A stretch of DNA of 62,262 bases, counting the filler, from Basidiobolus ranarum (lineage: Eukaryota), in assembly GCA_040143965.1 (NCBI GenBank). It is 31 parts of 31 records of this genome, joined end to end, with 100 filler letters (N's around TTAATTAATTAA, not from the genome) between each part and the next. Parts side by side here need not be neighbours in the genome. Positions count along the whole stretch, not along the records: positions 34,260 to 36,170 come from JASJQH010004103.1; positions 36,271 to 38,181 come from JASJQH010004104.1; positions 38,282 to 40,191 come from JASJQH010004105.1; positions 40,292 to 42,200 come from JASJQH010004106.1; positions 42,301 to 44,208 come from JASJQH010004107.1; positions 44,309 to 46,216 come from JASJQH010004108.1; positions 46,317 to 48,224 come from JASJQH010004109.1; 24 more parts are not named here. The stretch is one strand, 5' to 3'. Of the stretch, positions 35,459 to 48,190 are shown in pieces (within the stretch, counting starts at the first letter, position 1; every line of letters begins with the position of its first letter). The notes beneath the pieces are model-generated. The model saw only the letters and a program-made list of their open reading frames with translations, had not been told where the DNA came from and searched no databases. The position numbers and the translations under genes are program-made.

Positions 35459-36270
35459 TTGACAGTCTACCACCAACATAGCCCCGATAAAATCAGGGGC
35501 AACGCATAAAGGCATATTTCCTGTACTACGCAGCTCGAAAGTTAGTAGGTTTTTGAAATTATAGAGGGTTCTGTAGTGCGCGTTGCTTTTATTTATATTA
35601 TATGAAATACCTTAGTTACAAATACATCGCATTTTATACAACTTTTTTAAATTTGTAGCACCTTTGTGCTGCGCAGGTTACATAGCCCGAAAGTTTATTT
35701 TAAGGACTATTTTGTTGTTTTGTATATAAATAAACATCTATGGAGCTTAGTGCTAGTAGTATGTCAATATTTGTAAAACATGAGTAGAAAGCTTTTATCA
35801 ATACTTTCAATATTTCTAGATTTGTAATATAATTATGATATATTTAATATTCACTTTCTTCTTTATTTAATCTTGTAAATATCACATAGTTTTTACAAAT
35901 ATTACTAATTCATAATGTTAATCAAGTTTCCTCATTACTCTCAATAGTATATAAAGGATATTCTCAATAAGTAATTTATGAATTATTAAGCTAAAAAGTA
36001 GCCAGTTTACTTATGGTAAAATTATAATACTTAAAAGCTTTCAGAGTCTGAAGGAAAACATCTGCACTTTGATTTCCCAGAGACTTGCAAATTTACAAAA
36101 GTTAAAAAATATTCAATATCTGAGAAATTTCTCTAAATTCATAAAAATTATGAAAGCTAGAATAGGCTGTNNNNNNNNNNNNNNNNNNNNNNNNNNNNNN
36201 NNNNNNNNNNNNNNTTAATTAATTAANNNNNNNNNNNNNNNNNNNNNNNNNNNNNNNNNNNNNNNNNNNN

Positions 36271-36759
36271 TGCTACCTTGGTTCGGGAATATGGATTCTT
36301 CACACGTTGAACAAGGTAATAATCATTTGGCTGATCCCGTCTGAAATAACGATGAGAGTAGATTACCATCAATGAATCGCTGCATTTTTTAGTTCTCCGA
36401 TCAGAAACTCGGTAAAAGCCATATATCTATTCAAAGGATTAGCAGAAGTTCATGAGAGATAAGAAGAGGATTTATGCTACTACACCGTACATTTAGTTGA
36501 CGTGTGAATGACGTAAGTTTATTAGTGTCATAGTACTGAGGAAGAACCTCGGAGGCAAGTTTAACTGGGTCTTTGATGACAAACCTGTTACCCGAAGGCT
36601 CCCAGGCTATCATACGGGAGAATTTTTATTCGGAGAGTATTCTAGATGAACAAACAAACTTCTTTAGTAAGATATATAAGAGTAAGTTTAAAGTGGCATT
36701 TACTTGGAAAGGTTCCGCACAAAGGGAGTCGTACGGGTACAAAAGCGAGTGCCTTTCAT
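36271..36759 (-). pseudogene. HSF-type DNA-binding domain gene with an in-frame TAA. Exons 36759-36704, 36641-36491, 36426 to contig end
   Basis: Spliced: MKGTRFCTRTTPFVRNLSKILSE*KFSRMIAWEPSGNRFVIKD...VLPQYY..NKLTSFTRQLNIYGFYR...YSHRYFRR. Two intact GT-AG introns; stop at 36626-36628. Confidence 0.8.
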
Positions 36760-38281
36760 TCCTAATATTCCTAAGATCTAAAAGTAAATGTAACAGCACC
36801 TGGCAATATATGGAGACCAAGACACATTGATAACCGGTAGTGAGTGATGTAAGGCTGGAATGCTCTTTCTACTTAGTTGGTCAATCAATGTATCCCTATG
36901 TCTGAAACAATTTCTTATATGAACCTGATAATATATTTCGATTTGAAGAACTATCAAATGTGGCTATATTCCAGTCGATACTCCCTCACTCCTTCCTGTT
37001 TGCTGAACTGGTATTCGTTGAAGCTATCCATCTGTTCGAATGTATTGAATTTCACCGATGGGCTCTACCATAGTGTAAAGCTGAATCATTTTGCAGTCAT
37101 TTCTATTTTAGGTATTAAAAGGAGATTAAATAGAGCGACCCAGACTTATTGATAGTAATATTTCCGAGCTACAGCTATGCACCAATTCTGATAATCAAAC
37201 TATTTGCCATTTCTCTCGGGATAAACATTGGCAGTCAATGAAGGTTTTTGTACTGTATATTTTCGGCATGCACTTTCTGAATAAGCAACTAGTTTCTTGC
37301 TTGGAATGATTCTATCACATTACTATAATTGGTTAGTGCTCATTTTGACACAAATGGCATACCATAACTTATTTTTATCAAAGTGCTTATTTGTTTCCTC
37401 CTAGAGGCATATGAGTACGACATTGATTCCCTTTTCTCGTAACCATTTCTCCGTCTAAGACGTTAGTGTGACTGCGCTTGTGTAGATCAGCATTAACAAC
37501 ATCCATATTTCAAGGAAGTCCAGAGCGCTCTATGGATTGACTGCTCTTTCTGACGAGTTGTTCGGCCTGTACAAGTATATATCTGAAACTCCTCCAAGAA
37601 ACATAGGATAACCCCATTTTCCTGATATGTATCAAAAGCAGTCATAAATTAGACAGTATGAGCCGTGCTTGACGAGTTAACATTACTGCTAGATCACAGT
37701 TGCCTATTTGCATGGTTCTGATTATACATCAATGAGTACCTTGTAGCATGACTGAATCAACAAATCCATTTTAGGTAACTCAGCGCACAATAAAACAAAT
37801 GGAACGACCCAGACTTACTGATGCTATTGTCTAATCAATGGAGATAATCATTTGCAGTATCAATTGAGAATAGCTTTAGCTTATCTTCTTGATTACATAA
37901 GCCTAACATTCAACAGCACATTTATTGCCAAATGAACATCAGTCAAGTATTTTACAAGTCAAACTGTGGAAGCTATTTGCTAGATTTCGTGGATCCTATA
38001 TTCCTTCAGATTGCCATTGTTTTATGGCGATTCAACATGCTAGGTGTACGACTGGGCCATTTTGATGAACACAATTCAATAGTTCTCTTACATTCTCTAC
38101 CATCACCACTTTATTCATTCCTCCTCATTATCTCAAACATGTAGCCAAAGCAATTAATAAATCAATATCTTGAGAAGCAATNNNNNNNNNNNNNNNNNNN
38201 NNNNNNNNNNNNNNNNNNNNNNNNNTTAATTAATTAANNNNNNNNNNNNNNNNNNNNNNNNNNNNNNNNNNNNNNNNNNNN

Positions 38282-40191
38282 AAATACATTATTTCATGTC
38301 AAATTTTCAATTCTTGTTTCTAGAGCTAATACTAGGCTCTGAAACTTGTGCCACAGGCTATTCAGGACTGTAACAGTGATATCTTGATAAGTGGTAGATA
38401 CTCCAATGAAATCCATTTTATCAACCAAAATAGTGATTCTATTAATTGGCAATTTAATGTCTTCTCCTGGCTTCATCCTAGAGTAAAAGAATTATTTTCA
38501 TAGAGACATCTTGATGGCAGCAGAACTTGCTTGGTAGGTGGCTTACAAGGCTTTCCATACCTTCTTGGCAGTTTTAGCTCTTGAACATTGAATTAACATT
38601 TTGTCTTCAACATTCAATCAAATAGTGTTAAAGGCACTTTGTTCTTTATTAACCTGGAGTAAAAGTTTGGTTTCAGATAGTTTTGCATTATCTTCTTCTC
38701 CTGCAACAGTGTCCCAAAGTCCTCTTTCTTGCAGCAGCATTTTCATTTTAATTTTCCACACTGGATAATTGGTTCCATCAAATTTTTAGAAGAGGGGATG
38801 GTTCCATAAATTTGTGAAGCAGTCATTACAGAGAGTGCAAGCTTGGGCTCATTTCCCGTCAAAGTATTTGGGAACTGGTTGGCAGTGGTTTGGAGTTTCA
38901 GAGGAATTGCTGGTTTTCACTTATTAATTTATTGGGTAGAAAGTTCCCATTTCTAACTTTGTCAAGATGTAGACAAATTAATGTGTAGAATGTGCTAAGG
39001 AAGGACCCAGGAGCATATGTGCAATGTTTAGGGCTTCTAGCACAAGTTTCAAAAGTCTATGTATGAGAATTCCTAATTTGGGACAAATATTCTAAGTATT
39101 TTTCAAATGAGAATCATCGATAACTTCTTAGTGAATTATGAGGTAACTAAGTACTAAGCTATATATGACTATATAGGTGCTTAAGCAATGCTAAATTCAA
39201 CAATATGAATGTTGTTTACCTGATTCAGTGATTGCCAATTGTGTGCAAACAATACATGACTTCAGGTTTTTTGATCACCAGTGAAAGCCAAGCAACCATT
39301 TAGACATGGAGGTAATTTTGTTACTGTAGGATTAAGAGTAATACAATTGACAGGTGTTTTCCACTTGCACCAGGTCTGTGGCAAGCAACAGTTTTCAATT
39401 AACTGTGGTAAAAGTGTTAGAAATCTAATAACACCTAGTTGCTAAGATTAGTTTGGACTCTCCACCCCTCAATAATCAAAGCTGCTTCCTTTACTGTAAA
39501 TGTTATTCATGGACTAAAGCTTGCCAATAACAAAGAGTCCACATCAAGACTGTTGTCTTATTCTTTGACTTCTAATATTCTATCATCAGTACTGGAGTAA
39601 CAAAGGCCAACATCTAGCAACATGTGCTCTTAGTTGTCTGGACTGTTGAGTTTGACCTAAGTTACATTTATACCAACATCATTTTGGTCATGAAACTGTG
39701 ATAACTCCATGGTATCTTGACTTTTGACAGTATTACCAAAACTCTGAGGCAAAAAATAGCCAGTAGGCTCAGTGAGCAAAGCTAAAGTGGATTGTGTGCA
39801 CTTATTACTGTTGATATGCACCAGGCTTTGTGCAGCTGGTGGTTTTGTACAGTGACCATGCTTGTGATTATTTTTCCTATGAAGCCTCCAGCTTTCATAG
39901 GACAAATATTTTTGATAATAATCACAGGGCTTTGTTAAATCTTTGTGTTGTTGTATGAGAAGGATATTTTAGAAAAAAGAACACCTCCTATATAAGGGTA
40001 GTGTTTTAGGTATATCCCATCATTATCATCAGGGGATGTGAAAGAAATTTCTGGCAATGGATGGTAATTTTGATTTATTATAAGCTGTTTCTGAGCAATT
40101 TCATTACATCAAGTTCAACAACTGAAAATCTCAATGCCATTGAAAAGTGTTCTAAATCTAAATCAAAATTGGCTTCCAAGTAAAAGCCTGC
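38282..40191 (-). mobile_element. Copia A gag and 5' LTR (38857-39202) adjoining a CACTA-type transposase 5' region (about 39210-39960)
   Basis: Homologous to 15216-16040 and to the reverse of 2381-3110. Confidence 0.8.
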
Positions 40192-40291
40192 NNNNNNNNN
40201 NNNNNNNNNNNNNNNNNNNNNNNNNNNNNNNNNNNTTAATTAATTAANNNNNNNNNNNNNNNNNNNNNNNNNNNNNNNNNNNNNNNNNNNN

Positions 40292-42200
40292 CCTCTGGGC
40301 TCTATGCTAAACTTGAGAAATGTGGATTTGATCTAGCTCCAGATGAATTCTTTGGATATAACATCAGCCCATCAGGGATCTCCATGGACCCAAAAAGGTT
40401 GAATCTGTTTTGTCTTGGGATATTCCAAAGAATGTGAGGGATGTCCAATCTTTTCTTAGATTTGCAAACTTTTACCAACAGTTTGTCAAGAACTACTCCA
40501 AAATACCTGCTCCATTAACAAACAGTACAAAGAAAGAACTCCCATTTGACTGGAACCCATCTTGCCAACAAGCATTTGTAACTTTAAAGCAGGCTTTTAC
40601 CTAAGCACTAATCCTGGCACATCCCAAGCTGGACAAGCCATTTATTGTTGAAACTGATGCATCTAACCTTGCTCTAGGAGCAGTACTATCATAGTTTGAT
40701 GATGAAAACTTACTGCACCCTATGGCCTTTTACTCAAGAAAGTTCTTGGCCATAGAAATCAACTATGACATCTATGACAAGGAACTATTAGCAATTGTAG
40801 CTGTGTTCAAACAATGGCAACAATTCTTGGATGGAGCAAATCACAAAATCACAGTTTATTGTGATCACAAGAATCTTCAATATTTTAGTACAACCAAATT
40901 TCTCAACTTTTGTCAAGCAAGATGGTCATTATTTCTTGCCACTTTTGATTTAGTGATTACATATTGACCAGGTATCCAGCAAGGAAAGCCTGATGCCTTA
41001 TCACATAGAGTAGAATATCAGCCTGAAGAAGGGGATGAGGCCTTTGGCCAACAGAATATTTCCATACTGAAGCCCCACCAACTTCAAATTAGTGCAACTG
41101 CCCTTTCTCTTCCTAGTTCAAGCACATTGCATCAAAACATCCGCAAACTCCAATCTGAGGACCCATTGGTAATATCAATCAAGAAAGCCCAGGAAACACC
41201 CAGAGACCTCTGAAGCATGAACCTGTACTGCCATTTCTCTGTCATCAATGATCTCTTGTTTTATAAGAAGTGCCTTTACATTCCAGACCACACTTCCAGA
41301 CCACACTTCCAGACTCAAAATCATGCAAGAAAGACATGACTCACCACTGGCAGGACACTTTGGTGTTGCCAAATCATATATGTTGGCATCCAGTGATTAT
41401 CGGTGGCCCAAAATGTTTGCATTTGTCAAGACTTTTGCTCCCTCCTGTGATACATGTGCCCAAGTGTAGACTCCAAGATATCAGTCTTATGGCCTCCTAC
41501 AGTCACTTCCAATTTCTGATCAGCAGTGGAAATCCATATCCCTGGATTTCATAACTGATCTACCCATAACTGCCAAATACGATTCAATTCTGATAATTGT
41601 CAACCATCTAACAAGGATGGCCCACTTTGTGGCCTGTAACAAGTCAATTGATGCAAAACAAACAGCAGAATTGGTAACTCAAAACATCTTCCACCTACAT
41701 AGACTCCCTGAAACTATCATTTCTGACCGAGGACCTCAGTTTGCTACCAGATTCTGGAAAAGTCTCCTTCATGCCTTGGGTATCTTTGCCAATCTCTCTA
41801 CTGCTTTCCATCCCCAATCTGATGGCCAAACAGAAAGAGTCAATCAAGTTTTGGGACAATATTTGCAATGCACTATCAGCTACAATCAGGATAATTGGAC
41901 ACAACTCTTGCCTCTTACTGAATTTACTTCCAACAACTCTTATGATACCTCAACAAAGCAAACTCCTTTCTTTGCAAATTATGGATTCCATCTTTGTTTC
42001 ACAATTCACCCACTATCCAATCTTCCTTGCCCTGCTGCCTCAGACCATGCCACTTTCCTTAAGGACATCCATAAACAATTAATATCCAAGTTGGAGCATG
42101 CTCAGTCCCACTACAAGAACTTTGGTGATAAGAAAAGAAAGCCAAGCCCAGATCTCAAGCCAGGAGATTATGTTTGGCTACTCCAAAAAAATATCAAAAC
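40292..42200 (+). mobile_element. Ty3/gypsy (Tf2-like) pol relic: RT end, RNase H, integrase
   Basis: ETDAS, AFYSRK..EINYDIYDKELLAIV, HDSPLAGHFG..CDTC, ISDRGPQF, HPQSDGQTERVNQ. Several stops and frameshifts. Confidence 0.93.
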
Positions 42201-42300
42201 NNNNNNNNNNNNNNNNNNNNNNNNNNNNNNNNNNNNNNNNNNNNTTAATTAATTAANNNNNNNNNNNNNNNNNNNNNNNNNNNNNNNNNNNNNNNNNNNN

Positions 42301-44208
42301 ACTCAATCAGGCATACACATTACTCCTATCCAAATACAATACTAAACTGCATGATTTTACCATCAAGAGCCTTGTCAGATTTCAACATAATCACTGATAC
42401 CAATTCACCAAATAGTTAGTATAATATTAAACTTGGTAATGGCAGTAAGCCTACGTTTATATTGCTAAAGGGGATCAGCTGGAGCCAGAGCTTCCCTTTA
42501 GGCACTATGCACTTACTGTTAAACAACTTTCCAATACTACTTACTCTGCTATGTGGTGAAAAATTTAATATGAATGAGCCATTCAAGATAGAATCAAAGA
42601 TTAAATCAATTGGGAAAATGCTTGAAAATATCAAGGTTCAACCATATTTTACTAGGACTACCATCTATGTCTACTCATCAAAGTGTTGATTCAAATATAA
42701 TAAATGAAAGTACTGTATTTGTATATATTCAAGTGGAATCTTGAAAATACTTCTGCCTGACAAGTATGATAAAAATGTTTAGGTGATTTGGAAGTGTTTT
42801 GGACAAGATTTGGATTTGTGAATTGGACACTTAAGCTTCATTAAATTGAATATGTCTGATTTATAGCTTACTGTGAAATAGAACTCTTTGACATGCTTAG
42901 ATAATGAAAAACGTGCCTGGTAGGCATGGGTGAAAATATGAGATGATTTGGAGAAGATTTGAGATAATAGTGAAAATTGGTAAAAGTGATCTGATTGATA
43001 TTTATATCAATTAGAGCAATTAACACATTTTTCAAATGACAAAATTGAGTACTAAATAATCAGAATATGAATAAACTAACTACTAAATAATGAGTTGCTA
43101 TTTACCTAATTTCCACATTCCCACTCAACTAATTATTTAATATTTCTCTTGAATCTAACTTATATGTTAATAAGTCAAGTTGTGCTTTAGCTTAAGATTT
43201 TGGTAAGATGTCAGCTATCATTTCTTTAATAGGGCAATAGACAAGTTCAATTATATCATTCTATATTGCTTCTTTAGCAAAATGATTCCTGATATCTATA
43301 TGTTTTGTTCTAGCATAAAATGTACTGTTTTTAGCTAATGAAATACCACTTTGATTATCTTCAAGTACAGTCTAGCATGTTTTTGAATGTATCCTTAGTC
43401 TGTAAATAACTTCCTTAACCACATATCTTCTGGTGTAATAGCAGAGGCAGCCATATACCCTGCTTCTGTAGTGGAAAGCTCTATGGTTGGTTGCTTCTCA
43501 TTATTTTAACTTATGGCTCCATAATCATAGAGAAAAGTGTACCCATTTGTTGACCTTCCATCATCAAGATTTCTTCCCCAGTCTCCATCACTGTAGCCTT
43601 CAAAATTTTGGGCATCAAGAGTGACAGAGTATTCTAGAACAAGATCTGAAGCAACTCTCAAATACCTGAGTATTTGTTTTACTGCAGTTTTGTGCTTAGA
43701 TTCAGGATTTTTGAGAAATTGGCTGACAGTTCCCACCACCACAGCAATGTCTGGACATGTTTCAACCATTGTATACATTAAGCTAGCCACCATGGATGGA
43801 TAAGGGAACACTTGGCTTTGATTTGAGTTATTTTGGGTCAAATTGGATGAAATTCTGATTAATTTCATATTGGGATCCATTATTGTTGATACAGGCTTGC
43901 TATTCTCCATGTTGAAGTGTTTTAGAATATCATGGATATATCCAGAATGATTCAGCATTACTTTCAGATAGTGATTATCTCTTTTGATTTGGATTCCTAA
44001 AAAATAACTTAATTCACCCATATCAGTCATCTGTAATTGGTTTGTTAAGCAGCTTTTTGTCTGATGAAGTGCTTTGAGATTACTTGTGGCTATGATCAAA
44101 TCATCCACATATAGTGCCCAGAAAGGATCCTATTTCCAGTTGTTTTGCTATATATACTGTGACTTACTGTGCATTTGGAATACTAGTGATTCCAAATAGG
44201 TATCTATC
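42301..44208. mobile_element. CACTA transposase fragment (+, 42301-42765), copia B LTR (-, 42767-43117) and copia RT/RNase H (-)
   Basis: 42301-42480 matches 3770-3939. Copia motifs YVDDLIIA, MTDMGELSYFLGIQI, GYSDGDWG. Confidence 0.85.
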
Positions 44209-44308
44209 NNNNNNNNNNNNNNNNNNNNNNNNNNNNNNNNNNNNNNNNNNNNTTAATTAATTAANNNNNNNNNNNNNNNNNNNNNNNNNNNNNNNNNNNN
44301 NNNNNNNN

Positions 44309-45171
44309 AAATACACATATTCTGGACCAAACTTTGATCTGATGGGATATTCAGATGCAAATTGGGGAAGAGATATTGAAGACAGGAGATTTACAACTGG
44401 ATACTTGTTTCTTTGCTGTAATGGAGCTATTTCTTGGAATTCAAAGAAACAACCTACTGTAGCACTTTCAACAACAGAAGCTGAATACATGGCTGCCTGT
44501 GAGGCAACAAAAGAAGCAATATGGTTTAGAAAACTATTAAAGGATTTGGGTTATTCTCAAAATTCATCAACTACAATATTTCAAGAAAATCAAAGTTGTA
44601 TCAAATTAGCTAAAAATCCCATGTTTCATAATAGAAGCAAACATATAGATATTAGGCATCATTCCATTAGAGAGACTATAGATAATAAGTTTATTGACTT
44701 AACTTATTGTTCTACAGAAGATATGATTGCTGATATATTAACCAAGCCATTAGCTAGACAGAAATTTGAGAAATTTAGACCTTTATTAGGATTAGTTTTT
44801 ATGACTATTTAGTTGAGGGAGAGTGCTGAAATTAGCATTGCCTAAACACCTATATAGTCATATATAGCTTAGTACTCAGTTATCTTATAAATCACTAAGA
44901 AATTATCAATTATTCTAAATTGGAATTTACCAAGAATATTTTTACCAACTTAGAAGTTCTCAGATACATGGATTTTTCAAACTTGTGCTAGAAGCCCCAA
45001 ACTTTGCACACATGTTCCTGGGACCTTCCTTAACACATTCTACACATTAGTTTGTTTACATCTTGACAAAACTATATATGTCAACTTTCTACTCAATAAA
45101 TCAATAAGTGAAAATCATCAATTCCTCTAATTCTCCAAACCACTTCCAGCAGGCTCCCAAATACTTTAACA
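44309..45171 (+). mobile_element. Copia family A RNase H (open to 44812), PPT and complete 348-bp 3' LTR (44824-45171)
   Basis: GYSDANWG, SKKQPTVALSTTEAEY, KHIDIRHH, ADILTKPL. PPT AGTTGAGGGAGAG. LTR bounded by TG...CA. Confidence 0.93.
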
Positions 45172-45431
45172 TGTACATGCCAGGAAATATAAGTAACAAC
45201 ACGTTTGTAAACTTGTTCAAGTATTGAGAAAACCCACAGGGGTTGTGTTCAGAACATCTGTGGCAGGCTATTCAGGACTGTAACTATGATATCTTGATCA
45301 GTAGTAGGTGCTCCAGTGCATTCCATTTTATCCACTAAAATATTGACTCTATTAATTAGTGATTTAATGTCTTCTCCTGGCTTCATCTTTAAGTTAAAGA
45401 ATTGTCTTCTTAGAAACATCTTATTGGCAGC

Positions 45432-45960
45432 TGTCACAATAAGGAACTGGACAAGGACTGGAAACAATGACAAGAGGCTAGAAGGCAGGAGAGTACTTGG
45501 GTGTAGACCCCAAGCCAAGACAAGACTGGACAGGGAAGCTATTTTGGCAAGAATCTTTATTGATAACTAGTGTTGATCAGACTGAGATCTGATCAAGGAA
45601 TACATGGAGCTTATATAGATATTGCAGGGTGAAACATAATATTCTTAATAGGGAATATACTGTAGCAAGTTCAAGTGCCAGGGTGTTGGGGACTACAAGG
45701 ACCAATAAAAAGAGGATGATGTAAGGATGATCAGGTGACCTTCCATGGTAGGTCTTAGCCAAAATACACTATGTGTGGGATGACATGATTGGTTAGGTTT
45801 TATGGAAGGTTCCGTAGAACATTACTTCCATATAGGGTAACATGCATGAACTAACATAAGATTGCCAAGAAGGGATGGCATAGCAGATATGATGGCATAA
45901 TCTAACAATTGAAGAGTGCTATTTGCAGTGGATGAGTAAGCCAAGATCAGAATTGTGACA
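45432..45960. mobile_element. 529-bp solo LTR (family E) inserted in copia gag (45250-46216, -)
   Basis: Terminal inverted repeat TGTCACAAT...ATTGTGACA and perfect 5-bp target duplication GCAGC (45427-45431, 45961-45965). The empty site is visible near 38510-38530. Confidence 0.92.
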
Positions 45961-46318
45961 GCAGCAGAACTTGTTTGGTAGGTGTCTGCCATGGCTATCC
46001 ATACTTTTGTTGCAGTTTTAGCTCTTGAACATTGAATTAGCAATTTGTTTTAACATTAAGACAAATTGTGTTAAAGGCACTTTGTTCTTTTTTTACCTGG
46101 AGAATAACTTTGGTTTCAGATAGTTTTGCATTGTTTTCTTCTCCTACAACAGTGTCCCAAAGTCCTTTTTCTTGCAGCAGCATTTTCATTTTAATTTTCT
46201 AAACTTGATAATTGGTNNNNNNNNNNNNNNNNNNNNNNNNNNNNNNNNNNNNNNNNNNNNTTAATTAATTAANNNNNNNNNNNNNNNNNNNNNNNNNNNN
46301 NNNNNNNNNNNNNNNNCT

Positions 46319-46582
46319 ACTGGCAAGCCTACCAAGCCCGCTACTAGCGTCAAGCCCACCAAACCTACTGCCACTGGAAAGCCTACCAAGCCTACAGAAA
46401 CCACTAAGCCTGGCAACGATGGTGACAGGCCTGGCCGTTGCTCTGGCTTTGAAACCAAGTGTGTTAATCCCGGTGAATCACGCGAGTTCAAAGTATGCTC
46501 TAATGGATACGAGTATACCCAACGTTGTGCCCCTGGAACTGTGTGTCGCGGTGGCATTAACCAAGTGTCATGCGGTTATTAG
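46319..46582 (+). CDS. C-terminus of a secreted protein: Thr/Lys/Pro linker plus CBM19-type chitin-binding module (chitinase-like architecture)
   Basis: TGKPTKPATSVKPTKP...GRCSGFETKCVNPGESREFKVCSNGYEYTQRCAPGTVCRGGINQVSCGY*. Six Cys with CAPGTxC. The ORF track shows only the antisense and off-frame ORFs. Confidence 0.7.
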   Translation, partial: TGKPTKPATSVKPTKPTATGKPTKPTETTKPGNDGDRPGRCSGFETKCVNPGESREFKVCSNGYEYTQRCAPGTVCRGGINQVSCGY

Positions 46583-47179
46583 TTTGATTAGTGATGTATT
46601 ATTGAAAACTTAGTTATTATTTATTAATAAATAAAGTTAAAATATATAAAATAATCTGAATGTTACTCACTGAGGAGCATAAGTGTTAGATTCAACCCAT
46701 TATAGGTCAGGAGCATGACTAATCAGGACAATAACATATGTCATAAAGGATTGGTTTTATGTTTGGAAGGTATGCAATTGCTCTCATTTGTCAGCAACCA
46801 TGGACTAAGACTAAACAATCACTTTAGTATAATTCAATGAATCTCGTATCGTTATTTGTTTGATTTACCTCATACTATGGCATCATCCTCGGGGTTGAAA
46901 TCCAATAGCATACATATTCTATCTCAACGTACTGCAACACGTCTTGAGTATTGGATAAGTTAATGGTAAACAAATTACTCTAAGGGCAAGTGTTCTCAAC
47001 CATACATTTTATAGGCTATACTTATAGCAAGGTTAAAGTTAAGACTTGTACGAGTTTCTATTAAGTTATATTGTCACAAAAAGTACTTTCATAATGCATC
47101 ATCTACCCCGTGTAACAACAAAAAACTGTAGCAATATATGAAAATCACAATAGTATTGATCTAAGAGTCGAAATCCAGA

Positions 47180-47680
47180 TAGCATCCCCTCACTTACCTC
47201 ATTACAATCTTTCCAAGTTGAAGCGTATCTGGAAGAGAGACAGATCTGGTGGACCTGGGGAAACAGCTCCCACTTGCATTGCAAGAAGCCAAGTCAGAAT
47301 TTACGGTGATTATTGCACAAGACTTTGGTATGGTAGAGACTTGTGCGAGCTGTATTTGTAACAAATAATTATACAGAGAATGAACTTGCGATATGAGGCC
47401 GCTCTTCCTACTAGATATACCTGGGAATTGTAGATGACAATGATCAGACATTACCAGCAAGATCTTATTGTAATTTGGAAATATCTTAGCCTCAACTTTT
47501 CAAAGGTTACGACAGCAATTTCGATGCGGATGAACCAGCCTTCACCAGAGATGTCTGGTTCAGAACTGGCGATACGGCGAACTAGGTCAATTGGAATATT
47601 AAGGATAACTTTATAATCCGTAGAGTAAATTCCTACAGAATTCAACTAAGTTTATATCCTCTCACTTAAAGCATCTTGAC
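47180..47680 (+). pseudogene. Second decayed NRPS-like adenylation domain
   Basis: DLVDLGKQLPLALQEAKSEFTVIIAQDFGMVETCASCICNK* and NLEIS*PQLFKGYDSNFDADEPAFTRDVWFRTGD. Aligns with 1-342. Confidence 0.65.
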
Positions 47681-47860
47681 TAAAAACGTATTAGAAAAAC
47701 TATCGAGAGGCCAACTACGCCAGTGATATGAAACAGGGTGATTCAATAATAATCTGAAAATTGTTGAACACATTATACAAACAAGAAAGGCTTCGAAATA
47801 TAAAAAGCTCACCTTAGTATCTTTTCTCTCTTGAATCTTCAATGTAGTAAAGGATGATGT

Positions 47861-48190
47861 TGTTGAAGTATTTTGGGAGCTTGTTGGAAGTGGTTTGGAG
47901 AACTATTAAAATTGGTGGTTTTCACTTATTGATTTATTGAGTATTCAGTTGACATTCATAGTTTTGTCAAGATGTAAACAAACTAGCGTGATAAATTTGT
48001 TAAACAGGAACCCAAGAACATGTGTGCAAAGTTTGGGGCTTCTAGCACAAGTTTGAAAAATCTATATTTCTGAGAACTTCTAAGTAAATTTCGACTGAGA
48101 ATAGTGGGTGTTGTCTTAGTTCAATATAGGATAACTAAATACTAAGCTATATATGACTATATAGGTGCTTAGTCTATGCTAATTTCAACA
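47861..48190 (-). mobile_element. Copia A solo LTR
   Basis: Full LTR with near-match flanks GATGT/GATAT. Confidence 0.8.

Noticed and set aside
36626-36628. TAA/TAG reassignment, suggested by in-frame stops in the HSF, NRPS-like and oxidase genes
   Set aside because: PRS1, the b5 reductase and PDC all end with TAA at their expected C-termini, and the CBM19 protein ends with TAG. Ordinary nonsense mutations explain the stops.
46261-46613. ORFs 46261-46557 (-) and 46419-46613 (+)
   Set aside because: Shadows of the TKP-linker/CBM19 frame at 46319-46582.
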